From: Chrysomallon squamiferum
Lineage: Eukaryota > Animalia > Mollusca
DNA: 64,000 nt
Assembly (NCBI GenBank): GCA_012295275.1
Contig: CM022669.1
Span: 7,440,001-7,504,000 of the forward strand
Direction of reading: 5' to 3'
Shown: positions 1 through 23,006 of the stretch, piece by piece
Layout of the letters: every line of letters starts with the position of its first letter
How positions within the stretch are numbered: position 1 is the stretch's first letter
The notes under the pieces: generated by a model
What the model saw: the letters and a program-made list of their open reading frames with translations, nothing else
The model's database searches: none
What the model was told of the DNA's origin: nothing
Position numbers and translations under genes: made by a program

Positions 1-431
1 CTGCAGACGCTGAGGCGATTAGCACCAATCGCGACCTTATGGCTCAAATCTCGTTCTGTTTGATGTCACTTAATAATAATAATAATGAAAAAAACACCGA
101 CGACGCAACCAGCAATACATTCAGTGGCTTTCGCTCGAATATTGCTTCCCGACTCGGTAACTGACAGCTAATCCGCGATTCTCACCTCATTAACACGTGC
201 ACTTGACGAAAGTTTGATTACCTAAACGCCGGACGAAACGACGTTATATTATTTCACGAATGAGCTGTCTATAAATAGAAGTGTGGTTAATATACGTATA
301 TACGAATATATATATATATATATATATATATAGTTGAGCTGATAAAACATTTCAATAGTAGTATTTTTTTTTTTTTTTTATTTACTTATTTATTTTATTT
401 ATTATTATAATTATAATTATTATTATTATTA

Positions 432-465
<34 letters not shown>

Positions 466-603
466 CATCATCATCATCGTCGTTAGTATTATTATTATTT
501 TATTTATTTATTTATTTATTTCGTTCTATTTGATAGTCTTACATTTTTTTTTTTTTTTTTGCACTGATACTTTCGCCATTACTTTTGTTGAACAGAAAAG
601 AAA

Positions 604-679
<76 letters not shown>

Positions 680-1364
680 TAACAATAATAATTAATTAAT
701 TAATAATTATAATGATAAATAAATAATTTATTTAAAAAGAATGTGCAAATTATAGAGAAATGAATATTTAATGTTATATGAAGATAATAATAAAAAAAAA
801 AAAAAAAAAAAAAATGTGTTATAAACAAGTCCTGTTGATATTATTTTTAGATCAGATTAAAACATGGGGATTACTGATTATAAAGCACTACATAACGTGT
901 TGTAGATTTCATTATAATTAATTTTATTTACAATATTTTAAACTAGCTTTTTATTTTTTTATTTTAGCCATGCTTGTCATCATCACCGTCGTCAGCATCA
1001 TCATCGTCATCAACATCGTCAACATCACTATTTTATTTTCTCGTTCTGATTACTTGTACAGGGCGTATAGTCTTTTGTAAAATTATTATTATTTTTATAT
1101 TTTTTTAGTTTCTCCGCCTCAAATCATTATTCTTCCCTTTGCATTTTCATTTCTCCAGATTATTCTTTGTTAATGTCTTCTTTTTCTTCTTCTTCTTCAT
1201 CATTATCATCATTATAATCATCATTATTATCATCATCATAATTAGTCTTATAATCATTATTTATTATTATTATTATTATTATTACCGTTATTATTTCATT
1301 ATCATTTTTATTATCATCATCATCATTTTTATTCTATCATTATTATTATTATTATTATTATTAT

Positions 1365-1412
<48 letters not shown>

Positions 1413-3199
1413 CAGTGGTAGTAGTAATAGTAGAAGTAGTTGTAGTAACAATATATTACTGACCAGTGAGGTTTTGGAAACTAAGTCCGTAACATCGTTT
1501 TTAAATTTCTAAAAAAAAAACATCCTTTAATTAAATTTAGCTTAAGAAAATAAATTTAATCATTTCAAAATTGTCAGTTTTATTTTTGTACATATATAAC
1601 AAGAAGCAAAAAAAAAAAAAAAAAAAAATGACGCAAATACGTGATAATTTGCCATATTATAAATGTATTTTAATCTGAATATAACAGTAATACAATGTCG
1701 TACGAAGCTGTCAAAAAGTTCAGCTTCTTGGTTCTTGATTTTTACATGGAGCTGTCGCTGATTACAACATTACGAAAGACGAACCACCGAAAACTAATGT
1801 AACAGAAGTTGCCTGACAATTTTGATGGATGTAACGTTTCTAAGATTAAACGTACGTCACTACCAATTTTTTTGTCTTTGGTTAAAAATGGCGGCCAGTG
1901 ACCATGGAACCAAAATCAGATCTGCGGGCAATGTGAGCGTTGATGTTTGTCACAACTTTCCGATGATCTTTGCTGTGACACTTTGTAACGTTTCTCAGCT
2001 GTGAAGCAATATTAGATTCTGTGTCTCGGTTTATCCGTAAAGCAATGGCCTAGAATGCACAGAAAGTTTACTTTATTTTATTTATTTATTAACTCATCAT
2101 TATAATTTTATAAATAATCTAATGTGTTTTTTGGGGGATTTATTTACAGATTATCCTGTATGGCTATGATTTAACACACACACACACACACACACACACA
2201 TAGGTTTTCGTAAATATATTCATATGAAGCTATCAAAAATATTAGATTAGACTTGTTTTTGGAATATTACATTTAAAGGCATAATTTGTCACAGAGAGAG
2301 AGTATATATATATATATATATATTATTACTATACACACACACACAAACACACACACACACACACATATACATGTTTATACACTGAGAATAAAATAATTTG
2401 CTAACAACTTACAAATGTCCTGATTGTATGTATTTATAGATGTTTTTGTTTATTATTTAAAACAACGGATATTACGAAAGATATAATAAAAAGAATAAAT
2501 AAAAATAATAAAAATGTATTGTCTAAACCCCAAAAAGTCCTTTATTAATCGAATCCTATACGATACCGACAAATTAATGGGTTTTTCGTTTTTAAATACT
2601 ATTCTCTTCTAATTGTGCTGTAAATAAGTGCGCGTGTATGTGTGTGTTTTTAAGAGAATGAAGGTGTGTTTATTTTTCTGTTGTGTCTTTTTTATAACTG
2701 TAACGTGACGAGAGAGAAAATACATTTTTTTACACTTATTTCTAGCAGAAAAAAAAGACGTTTATGTGAACTTTCCTAATTTAATTTAAAAATTATTAAG
2801 AAAATTCTAAGTAAGCATGAGGTTATAAGTTAGTAAAAGAAAAAAAGAGTACAAAATATTACAGTAAACTTGATAAAAATTAATTTATTTTTAAATAAGA
2901 TGTTAAGATATTAACAGTTTATAAATAATTCTCCCTAAATAGACTGATACATTTTTTTTTTAAATTTAAATTCCATGTTACAGTAGCATAACAATCTGAC
3001 AGATAAATGTAAACTAGGTCACCTTGAAATTTGTTTATTATTATCATTTATATTATTATTATTATTATTATTATTATCATCATATTATTATTAAATTAAC
3101 TGAAAATATCTAGATGTTTATGTTCAAATAAAATAAATTAAATTTTAGTTATTATTGTTATTGTTGTTATTATTATTATTATTATTATTGTTGTTATTG

Positions 3200-3260
<61 letters not shown>

Positions 3261-3883
3261 TAGTATTAGTACTAGTAATAGTAGTAGTAATAGCAGTATC
3301 AACAAAACAAAAGATTTTTTCCACGCTTAGACTAAAATAAGCAATATTAAAATCAGACTTATTGTTCTTTTGCGCCGCGGTGAAATGTTCCTAAAGAAAC
3401 TACTGCAAGATATGGCTTCCTTAAATACTCTTCAGTCGTTGAACATTTTCTTTGTGTTTCAAAATCAGCGATTCGTCATTACATACACGGTACAGAATAT
3501 CCTCATCACCGGTCACAGGAGGTATTCACTTCAAAAATTAAAGGCGTCGTTACAAAAATAATTCTTCTGTACAAAAATATTTTTTTATCACAGTTACTGA
3601 ATTATTGACGTTAAACAGTTAACGTTATACAAGAAATGAAGAAACAACGAAGGGATTCCAAGACATGGTTTAAAATTTATTCACCTTAGAATTTAACTGA
3701 AGTTACAGAAACAAAATAATAAATAATGATTAATAAGTAAATGCTTTTAAATGTTTATATTATTGTTTGTTTTTGTTTTGTGTTTTTACTTTAAGAATTA
3801 ATGTTATACCTTTTGTTTTGTTTTGTTTCCTTTTCTTTTCTGTATGTATGTATGCATTATATTCTCAGAAATATCTGTATATG

Positions 3884-4254
3884 GAAACGAATTTGTAATT
3901 TTCCCGTAAAAAATTATAATAATAATAATATTATTATTATTATAAAAAAAAAAAATGAATTTGTAATTTGCGCGTTAAAAAAAAGATTATAAGAATAAAA
4001 ATAAAAATAATAAGATTAATTTATAATTTACATGTAAAAAACGAATTTGTAATTTGCGCATTAAAATTTTGTATAATTATTATATTAAGAATAATATAAT
4101 AATAATAATAATAATATAATAATAATAATATAGTAATAATAATAATAACAATAATTTGTGATTTACACGTAAAACACGAATTTGTAATTAGCGCATTAAA
4201 AAAATTATAATTATAAAAATAATAATAATAATAATAATAGTATAATAATAATAA

Positions 4255-4289
<35 letters not shown>

Positions 4290-4480
4290 TAATTTGTGAT
4301 TTACTCGTAAAAAGCGAATTTGTAATTTGCGCATTAACAAAAAGATTATAATTATAATACTAATACTAATACTAATATTAATACTACTACTAATAATAAT
4401 ATAATATAATAATAATAATAATAACAATAATATGTTATTTACATGTAAAAAACGAATTTGTAATTTGCGCATTAAAAAAG
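3884..4480. repeat. Six-copy composite repeat: conserved core AAAACGAATTTGTAATTTGCGCATTAA separated by variable (AAT)n-like spacers
   Basis: Cores lie near 3884, 3951, 4037, 4171, 4309 and 4447. The last four copies add TTACATGTAA/TTACACGTAA/TTACTCGTAA upstream of the core. Confidence 0.9.
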
Positions 4481-5349
4481 ATACATAAAAAAGATGATTA
4501 AACTTTTAACATACGGTCTGTTAAAATATTCATACTGGATAACCACTTGCTTTTATTATCACAAAAAAAGAAAAAAGAAGAAGAAATATCAGTAAAAAAA
4601 AAAAAAAAATCTTTACTCTTCACTTTAAAACAAATAAACGCATCACAGTCCATCTCAGTGTAAAAATCAGTAACCGATCGTGTCTGTGCGTGTGCGTGTA
4701 TGCGTGAGAGTGAGAGAGAGATGATGTATTCTATTATGTGTGTATGTAATGTGCACGCGACTTACATCTTTACTGATTTAGCATGATCAACGGCATCGTC
4801 ATTTTGCAGGTGCGCGTGCCACTCACAAACTTGTCGGGTTTTCATTAACAACTACGACAGCTTATTACGAAAACATCAGCGAGGTGCGTCCAGTGTTGAA
4901 TTTCGCTGAGTGACGTGACTGTACGAGAGTAATCTGTCTGCGAGTGGAAGAAACACAGTGTCACCAACACATACTTAATACAAAAGTTCACCGTAAATGC
5001 CACCTCCAACAATTAAGGTAGATCACAAATTTTGCAAACATCACCCAGCCCCCCCTCTGTCGTCCACTTGAAAAGCGCGTAACCTACCCGGTTCAGGGAC
5101 ACATGTCCGTGCCTATTGTTCCTGCATACGGGTACGGTCTGTGTAATACGCCGGCTTTTGTTGTTTTTTTTGGAGCACTAGGCGTTGAAAGATCAAATAA
5201 CCCAAAGTAAATTGACCCTTGACACAGTCAGTCAGCCTCGGCTCAGTTGAATTAAATATTAATGCAGATGTGTTATGGACTCGTTAAGTGACAATATTGT
5301 AAACATGTGCTGCTTGCCGTGCATACGTAATTACTGGCAGGAAATGAGA

Positions 5350-5431
5350 GGCGGAGCCACCATAACGCGGTCGACCAATGAGAACGCGCCTGGCTAGTTC
5401 TTCAAAAGAAAGCGCTGCAAAGTGTTATAAA
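5350..5431 (+). promoter_or_regulatory. Likely otp core promoter (GC box, CCAAT, TATA)
   Basis: GGCGGAGC at 5350, CCAAT at 5375 and TATAAA at 5426 occur in canonical order just upstream of the ATG at 5486, inside a CpG-rich stretch (about 4680-5480). Confidence 0.65.
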
Positions 5432-5485
5432 CTAGCTGCTTGATTATATTAAAGACAGATTTGGACGTTGCCGCAACATTTAACG

Positions 5486-15586
<10,101 letters not shown>

Positions 15587-15945
15587 TATCTCGCGAGATT
15601 TAATTCATAATAGCTCGAGATTTAGTTCATTTTTTTTTTTTTTTTTCTCTCGATATTTGCCCTGGTAAAAAAAACGTGTTTCAAACGTCTCCGAGGAAAA
15701 ATGTCTTTTAAAGTTTCAGGCCAGTGATATTTTTTACCAGAACATTTATTGTGTCGAACTGATACAAAAGTGCTGCACTTAAATTTATTCCGTTTTCAGT
15801 TTTGGTTTAAAAATCTGTCACATTCTCAGAAACAACAAGAACGTAATCTAATAACTGCATAAATGATACAGGCAAAAAATTAAATTTCATTAATAATTTT
15901 AATAATGACAGTAGAAGTAGCAAAAATCATAGACTTTTATAATTA

Positions 15946-16027
<82 letters not shown>

Positions 16028-16301
16028 ATTATTATATAATTTTACTTTTATCACTGTAAAATATTTATTAATGCATTTTTGTACAAAAACAAACAAAAAA
16101 AGCGAAAATAAGTAGCACATATTTTGGATGTAGGTACATATCCTTAATTTCGGATGTATGTATGTAGGTACGTATGTATGTGTGTACATCGTTAGTGCTG
16201 TATCTTGATATTGTTTGTAAATTGTTAAGTATACTTGGACTTTTATATGTACATATTCTCAGTCTCTAACAGTCGTACACATACGTGGTAACACAAAGAA
16301 G

Positions 16302-16335
<34 letters not shown>

Positions 16336-17967
16336 AATTAATAAGCACACATATCTACACACACATAAATACATACTGTTGACCCTCGATTTATCGGACC
16401 AAATCTGGAAAAAATCACAAAATTTGAACATTATCGCCATTTCTCAGATACGTATCAAATCATCATTTTTCTACTGTACATTTTTTTAGTTATTTACATA
16501 TACTAAATGACATTTGTTTATATTGTTTTTATGTCTGTATAATCATAACTGTTAATGTTTAATGTTTCGGTAAATTGTAGGGTTGATTTTTACATTCGTG
16601 ATTTCCCGGACTTTTTCATTTTCCGGATAGGTGTTTCCCGTATTAGTCCGCGAAATCAATGGTCAACAATACATAAATATATTGCAGCAGATATTGTTTT
16701 TAAATACGTAATTATAAATTTTAGTAACTGCATCAGTTTATTTCTAATTAATACAGTGTAAAATTATATCTGTCTTGTGTCTTACATATGTGATGTTTTA
16801 AATGAAATATAATCAACATTAAAAACAAAAAATAAAATTGAATGAGAAATCGTTCAATTTTTTAACTAGTTTACTATCAGTTTATTTACTTTATAGTTTA
16901 ACTTCAGATTTGTGTACATTTTATTAATAAAAATAAAAATTTTTTTAAAATATTCATATATTGTATATAATTTATAAATTTACAAAAATAGTTCCTCGCT
17001 ATATTTATATTAATAATGTAATCCGTACTTTGTTTCTCAGATGGATTCTTTTCGTTGTTTCTAATTATATTATTACTAAATTTGTAAATTCAAAGATAGC
17101 TAAATTTAAATTAATACTATTTTCAGTTTTAGACAGCTATTTTTTGTCAGTAGATGAAAATCTGTTTAGGCGTGCACTTTGACAAAAATCACTTTTGTAT
17201 TTGAATGTTTGAAAAGCTGGCGTCTCTGAAATATCTGATGGTTAGTAAAATGCTGCTGTTTTTTATTTTTTTATTTTTTATTTTTTATATTTTTTTTTAA
17301 GGGCGTCATAACTAGACTAAACCTTTTGTCAGAATACAGATTTTAACACACACACACACACACACACACAAAAGGAAAAAAAGGCAAATACTTCAACAAA
17401 TACTAAAATGTAATATTTTTGCATTTAAATGCAGACTATTTGTACATAGACGTTTATTAAACACGTACACACAGACACGAATATACACAAAATTTATTAA
17501 CAGTCGTATCAGTTTCCTTGTTATTTTAATGTACAATTAATAATTATTTATTTGGTTTTTATTATTTCTATTAATAATTTGAGGAATTGTATTCTGTGAT
17601 TCGAAAAATAAAAATTACTGCAAATAAAATATTAAATTTATTTATAATATATTTGGTAGTTTTCTAGATGAAATGAGATTGTAATTTGTTTAATGTTTTT
17701 TTTTTTGCAAAGCAAATCGTATTATTAAAAAAAAAAAAGAAGATATGTTTTGTTTGATTTGTTCTAATTAAAACGTATTTCTATTGGCCGTTTTTTCTTT
17801 CTTTTTTACATTTGTGTGCGTGTGCGTGTGTGTTGTTGTTCCTTTGTTATTTTTTCAAAAGTACATTAAATATTAAAGTCAGTTTAAAATGTGGTTTTAA
17901 TATTTTATTTTCATTATTATCATCATCAATATTATCTCATCTCCATCATCATCGTTATTATTATCGT

Positions 17968-17969
<2 letters not shown>

Positions 17970-18056
<87 letters not shown>
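17970..18056. repeat. (CT)n microsatellite
   Basis: Directly visible. Confidence 0.95.
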
Positions 18057-18059
<3 letters not shown>

Positions 18060-18765
18060 TTCTCTCTCTTTCCCTCTCTACCTCAATAATTAAACAATAA
18101 TTAATGCAATTACAGTTAATGCTAACGTTTCAGTGTTTTAGTAAATGGAAAAAAATATTTTCTTATCCTTTCATTTATATTTATTCCAAAGTGAATGTTA
18201 TAAATGTTTCACAACTGGTCATAACTACGTTGGTCATAAATAAACCATTGTAGCGTAACGTATTATTAGTGCTTCTGAAACTGCAATCTATTATAACTAT
18301 TCCTAACGAAATATAGTTCGAACAAATTCCATCCTTGGCCTCCATTACAAACGTATGAGGAATTATCTTAGCAACGCCAGTAAATCAGCCAGGCGTGCAA
18401 AACATTCACTGTACAGGAAAAAGGGGTGTGTCTAAGCAAAAATGTAGAAGGAGGGGGTCAATACATGTGTAGAATTTTACGGTTTTTATCATTTTTATTT
18501 AATTATTTTCCTTATTTTATTTTATTTTATTTTATTTTATTTTATTTTATTTTTGTCTGTCTGTCTGTCTGTCTGTCTGTGAAGATTAGTTAATTTCTAA
18601 TTAAGCTGAAAACTCAGCCTATTTGTAATTACACTGCACACTATATTTTCCCAGTTATTAAATTTGGTAACGTTTTGCTTCCGTACAAAGGACACATGCA
18701 GGACTGATCCCCTATATATAAAATATGTTCGTGAAGATGTATTTGTGTGTACGTGTGTCTGTTGT

Positions 18766-18837
<72 letters not shown>

Positions 18838-19105
18838 AGACGCATGCACCGTTCATATCTGTATTAAACCCAAATTAAACGAGTTTTCTTTCTTCTTCTT
18901 TTTTTTTTTTCCCCTAAATTTCAAAATAATTATCGATACTTAGACATCAAAACAAGCAAGCAATGATCGAATCATAATATTATCCTTGATCGGTTTAACT
19001 ACGATTATTTCTAGAGAAAAATTAAAAGTAGAAAAGAAAACAGAAATGAAGCTAATGGCTCATAATAACATCAAAAACAATAACACCACCACCAACAACA
19101 ACAAA

Positions 19106-19236
<131 letters not shown>

Positions 19237-19547
19237 AAAGATAACGACAATAATTATAATGAGTTCAAGTTGATTTTGAATTAAAATAAATTTTAAAATT
19301 TCAGAGCTCGATATTACAAAGAATTACAAATTATAAAAAGAGGAAAACATACAACAACGATGACGACGACAATATCAAAAACATCTATTACAAAAAGAAC
19401 AAAAACAACGATATTTATAATATTTACTATCACTGCTATTACCAACTACTTTTGTTGCTGCTGTTATTGTTACTGCAGCAAAACAAAAACAATTAATAAT
19501 GATAAAGATATAAAATAACAGCACAACATAACAACAGAATTCAGTAC

Positions 19548-19617
19548 ATATAATATAATATAATATAATATAATATAATATAATATAATATAATATAATA
19601 TAATATAATATAATATA
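19548..19617. repeat. (ATATA)n pentanucleotide microsatellite
   Basis: Directly visible. Confidence 0.9.
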
Positions 19618-19981
19618 AGATAAGATAATATAACGTATATAAAAATAATATAAATGTAATTAATATGATATAATAGTTCATTATAAAGGTAATATAATTT
19701 ATTACAAATGCAAAATATATATGTGGATGGATGAATGAATGTATCGGTGGATGGATGGATAGACAGATTTGGAATGTATTGTATAGTAAATTAATTACAT
19801 GTCAACATAATTATTCCAGTGGTAAAATATTTAAAATATTCAAAATAAATAAATAAATAAATTACGATCATTTAGATAATCCTTAAGTAATTTATCATTA
19901 TTTTTAATGTTTTTATTATATACAAGTATATATAATTTTTTATTTTAATATTATTATTATTATCGTTATTATTATTATTAC

Positions 19982-20022
<41 letters not shown>

Positions 20023-20048
20023 GCAGTGTATGTGAGTTTATGTGTATT

Positions 20049-20129
20049 GAGTTTCCGATATTGAAATATTTCTTAGAACTATAAATTTTGCGGGGTTATA
20101 AACAGAGATTTATTAAATCAGAAAAAGGG
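20049..20129 (+). repeat. Left arm of an ~80-bp inverted repeat pair (right arm 22927-23006)
   Basis: GAGTTTCCGATATTGAAATATTTCTTAGAACTATAAATTTTGCGGGGTTATAAACAGAGATTTATTAAATCAGAAAAAGG matches the reverse complement of 22927-23006 with only a few differences. Confidence 0.9.
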
Positions 20130-20165
20130 TTCTTTCTGATGCTTAGAGAGAGAGAGAAAAAACAA

Positions 20166-20245
<80 letters not shown>

Positions 20246-20580
20246 ATAAATAAATATCTTATGTAACATATATTTTTCCCCCTGAAAATATTAAATTCAA
20301 TGATATTATAAACTTGCATGCAAAAACAATTTGTAATACAATATAATATTATAAAGTTATTAAAAATGTATTTATTTACTAGTTTAATTTTATTCAGACA
20401 GAAAAATATTTGTTTTATTTTATTCCTTTCTGTTGTTTTTATCATTATTATTAATATTATTATTATTATTGTTATTAGATATTCAAAAAATGAATGAAAT
20501 TTTAAAGTCTAAATCTGGAAACTGATCATTTTGTTTTCGGCGAATCATTCAGATTTTTCGAAAAGTTGCTTTCTATATAT

Positions 20581-20611
<31 letters not shown>

Positions 20612-20688
20612 TATTTTTTATTGTTGTTGTAATTGTTGTAGTTTTGTTTTTAAATAATATTGGAACGCACTTCAAATAATATTTTTAA

Positions 20689-20725
<37 letters not shown>

Positions 20726-21025
20726 CGAGTCATTTTCTCTTAAATTAATTAAATTGACATTAATAACTAAACAATGTGGGTGTTTCTTCTTCATTTTCCA
20801 TCTAAAACAAAATTAATTAATTATTAAACAAACGTATAATTATGCAGAAAGAAAAAGAAAGAAGAAAAGAAATGACATTAGCGAAATAAACGTTAATAAA
20901 AGCAGAGAAGAAATTATAGTTTTTTATCTTGGTTTTTATATATTTATTAATGCCTGTGTGTTAAAGTGGATTCTTAATGTTTATTTTTATATTGTATAAA
21001 CCTAATATGGCCATTCAGCTTTTTA

Positions 21026-21066
<41 letters not shown>

Positions 21067-21259
21067 ACCAAAACAAGAAACCACTTCGGAACAGAGTAAA
21101 ACAAATAGCAAACAGCCATCTTTTATTTTTGTTTCGATCATGCGCGGAAATTTCACGTGCAGCTAGGAAGATACAAGTCTGACAATGGTATATTTTACCT
21201 GTTTCACTTCAAAAGGTTTAATTTTGTCTAAACTATTTATTATCGATCTGTTTGGTCTG

Positions 21260-21811
21260 AATGACCAGGTGCGAGTTACCGGAAATGGTTTCATGCCGAA
21301 AACAATTAGAACAGTTCTTTATTCCTAGCAATAAGACTGGTTATTTGATACCGTTAATCTCCATCAACAAAAGCGTCACGGGTATTGGATCTCGGTGTAC
21401 AATGCTTGACAACGCAAGATTAATGATAGCAGCGCCCCTGGCGGCTCTATGCGCTCCACTGGTGCCTTGCGACATTCAGCTTCCGGTTTGGTTTAATTAA
21501 GTGTGTTCATTAGGCACGTTGGGATATCCGCACAGCCAATCGATACCGTTTTAAGAGCGGGATGATTGTTGTTTAGGATTTCAATATGAACGGAAAAAGC
21601 CGACAATTTTTCAACCTCAACATTGTGATATTTTTATTCATCACAAGAATTATTTAAACTTTGTTCTCATCTTTTATTCAACAATTACAAAATACGAAGA
21701 AAAAAAAAAAAAAAAAAAAAAATCAATTGCTCGAGAATTACCGAAGCGAACGTTTTTGATTTTTATAACGGATTTGAGATGAATAATTTCCAAAACGAAT
21801 TAACTGCCTGG
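21260..21811 (+). promoter_or_regulatory. Probable BORCS8 promoter and first (5' UTR) exon
   Basis: CpG-rich patch with ETS-like CCGGAA/TTCCGG sites (about 21299 and 21481) and CCAAT (21536). A strong donor G|GTAAGA lies at 21811/21812, upstream of the acceptor at 25188/25189. Confidence 0.5.
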
Positions 21812-22867
21812 GTAAGATGCCCAGTGCTGTCAGACGACTTTTGAAATCAAAGCACGAAGGGACGGATGAACGGACAATAACTATTTATTACTTAATTGAA
21901 GCAATCGCGTTGAAGCAATATTTATTTCCAGTGTAATAAAGTAGAGTTATTTTTTCCAACTGGTTTGCATATTGTTCTATGCTACGCGTCCAGTGATTTA
22001 ATTTACTGTATATTTTAATTAAATACCTTATTACTTTCTGGAAATGAATGATTTAGCTTCATAACTGTGAACCCTTATTAATTATTCGCGATTAATTATT
22101 TTAATGAATTGCTTTAGTTTTCCTCGTTAATTTAGTTTTAAACTATAAAGCAATATAAATTGTAAAACATAATAATCTTTTAATTAATTCAAGTTTGTAA
22201 CTTATACATGCAGTTCTGTTCAAAATAAACGTTTTTAGTATATTATTAGTAAAATAAACAAACAAAAAAACTTTAACAATTTATATTATCATTTTTTAAT
22301 TTATTATTATTTTTTATTATTATTATTATTATTTACTTTAATTTATTAGGTAATTTCTCTTTTTTATCCACTATACCTGTTTGAATCACGTAAAGAATTG
22401 TTATTATTCTAAATTGTTGTTTTTTTTTGTCGGTTCTGGTAGTTTTTAAAAATTTAACGAAAACAGATTTTTTCATAAAAAAAAAAAAAAAAATATATAT
22501 ATATAGATATTTAATAAATAAATAAATAAATAAATAAATAAAAATAATAGTGACAATCATCAAAATTTTGCGGAACGAGGGCAAAAAAATAAAAGCAGAC
22601 TGATGCTAATATATATTTTTAACGAAACAATTTCATCGTTTAACGCTACATCGACTTTAACTAGTAAATAAATACATTCTTAATGACGTTACAATATTAT
22701 AAAGTATGGCAGTTATTTCTGCATACAATTTGAATAAACTTATACGTTGACTGAATTTAATATTTACAGGAAAAAAAACAACAACTTATTAATATGCATA
22801 TTGTGATATAATATAATTATTTGTTTATTTTGTTTATTATTATTATTTTTTTTTATTATTATATTTG

Positions 22868-22926
<59 letters not shown>

Positions 22927-22929
<3 letters not shown>

Positions 22930-23006
22930 TTTTCTGATTTAATAAATCACTGTTTAAAGCCCGCAAAATTTATAGTGCTAAGAAATATTTCAGTATCGGA
23001 AACTCA
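22927..23006 (-). repeat. Right arm of the ~80-bp inverted repeat pair
   Basis: Reverse complement of 20049-20129; it abuts a (CT)n tract. Confidence 0.9.

Noticed and set aside
1139-1462. 107-aa hydrophobic ORF, and similar poly-I/L/Y/N/S ORFs at 3155, 4188, 9250, 9984, 10496, 15899, 17812, 18986, 20143 and 26235
   Set aside because: These are translations of trinucleotide and dinucleotide microsatellites with no coding signal.
1885-1895. YY1-type AAAATGGCGGC as the promoter or start of another gene
   Set aside because: It is a single motif with no downstream exon structure that I could support.
3884-4480. CRISPR array interpretation of the repeat-spacer pattern
   Set aside because: The context is eukaryotic and intron-rich, there are no cas genes, and the spacers are low-complexity (AAT)n of uneven length.
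21261-21500. 79-aa ORF in the CpG-rich patch
   Set aside because: It shows no recognisable protein features and is better explained as promoter DNA.
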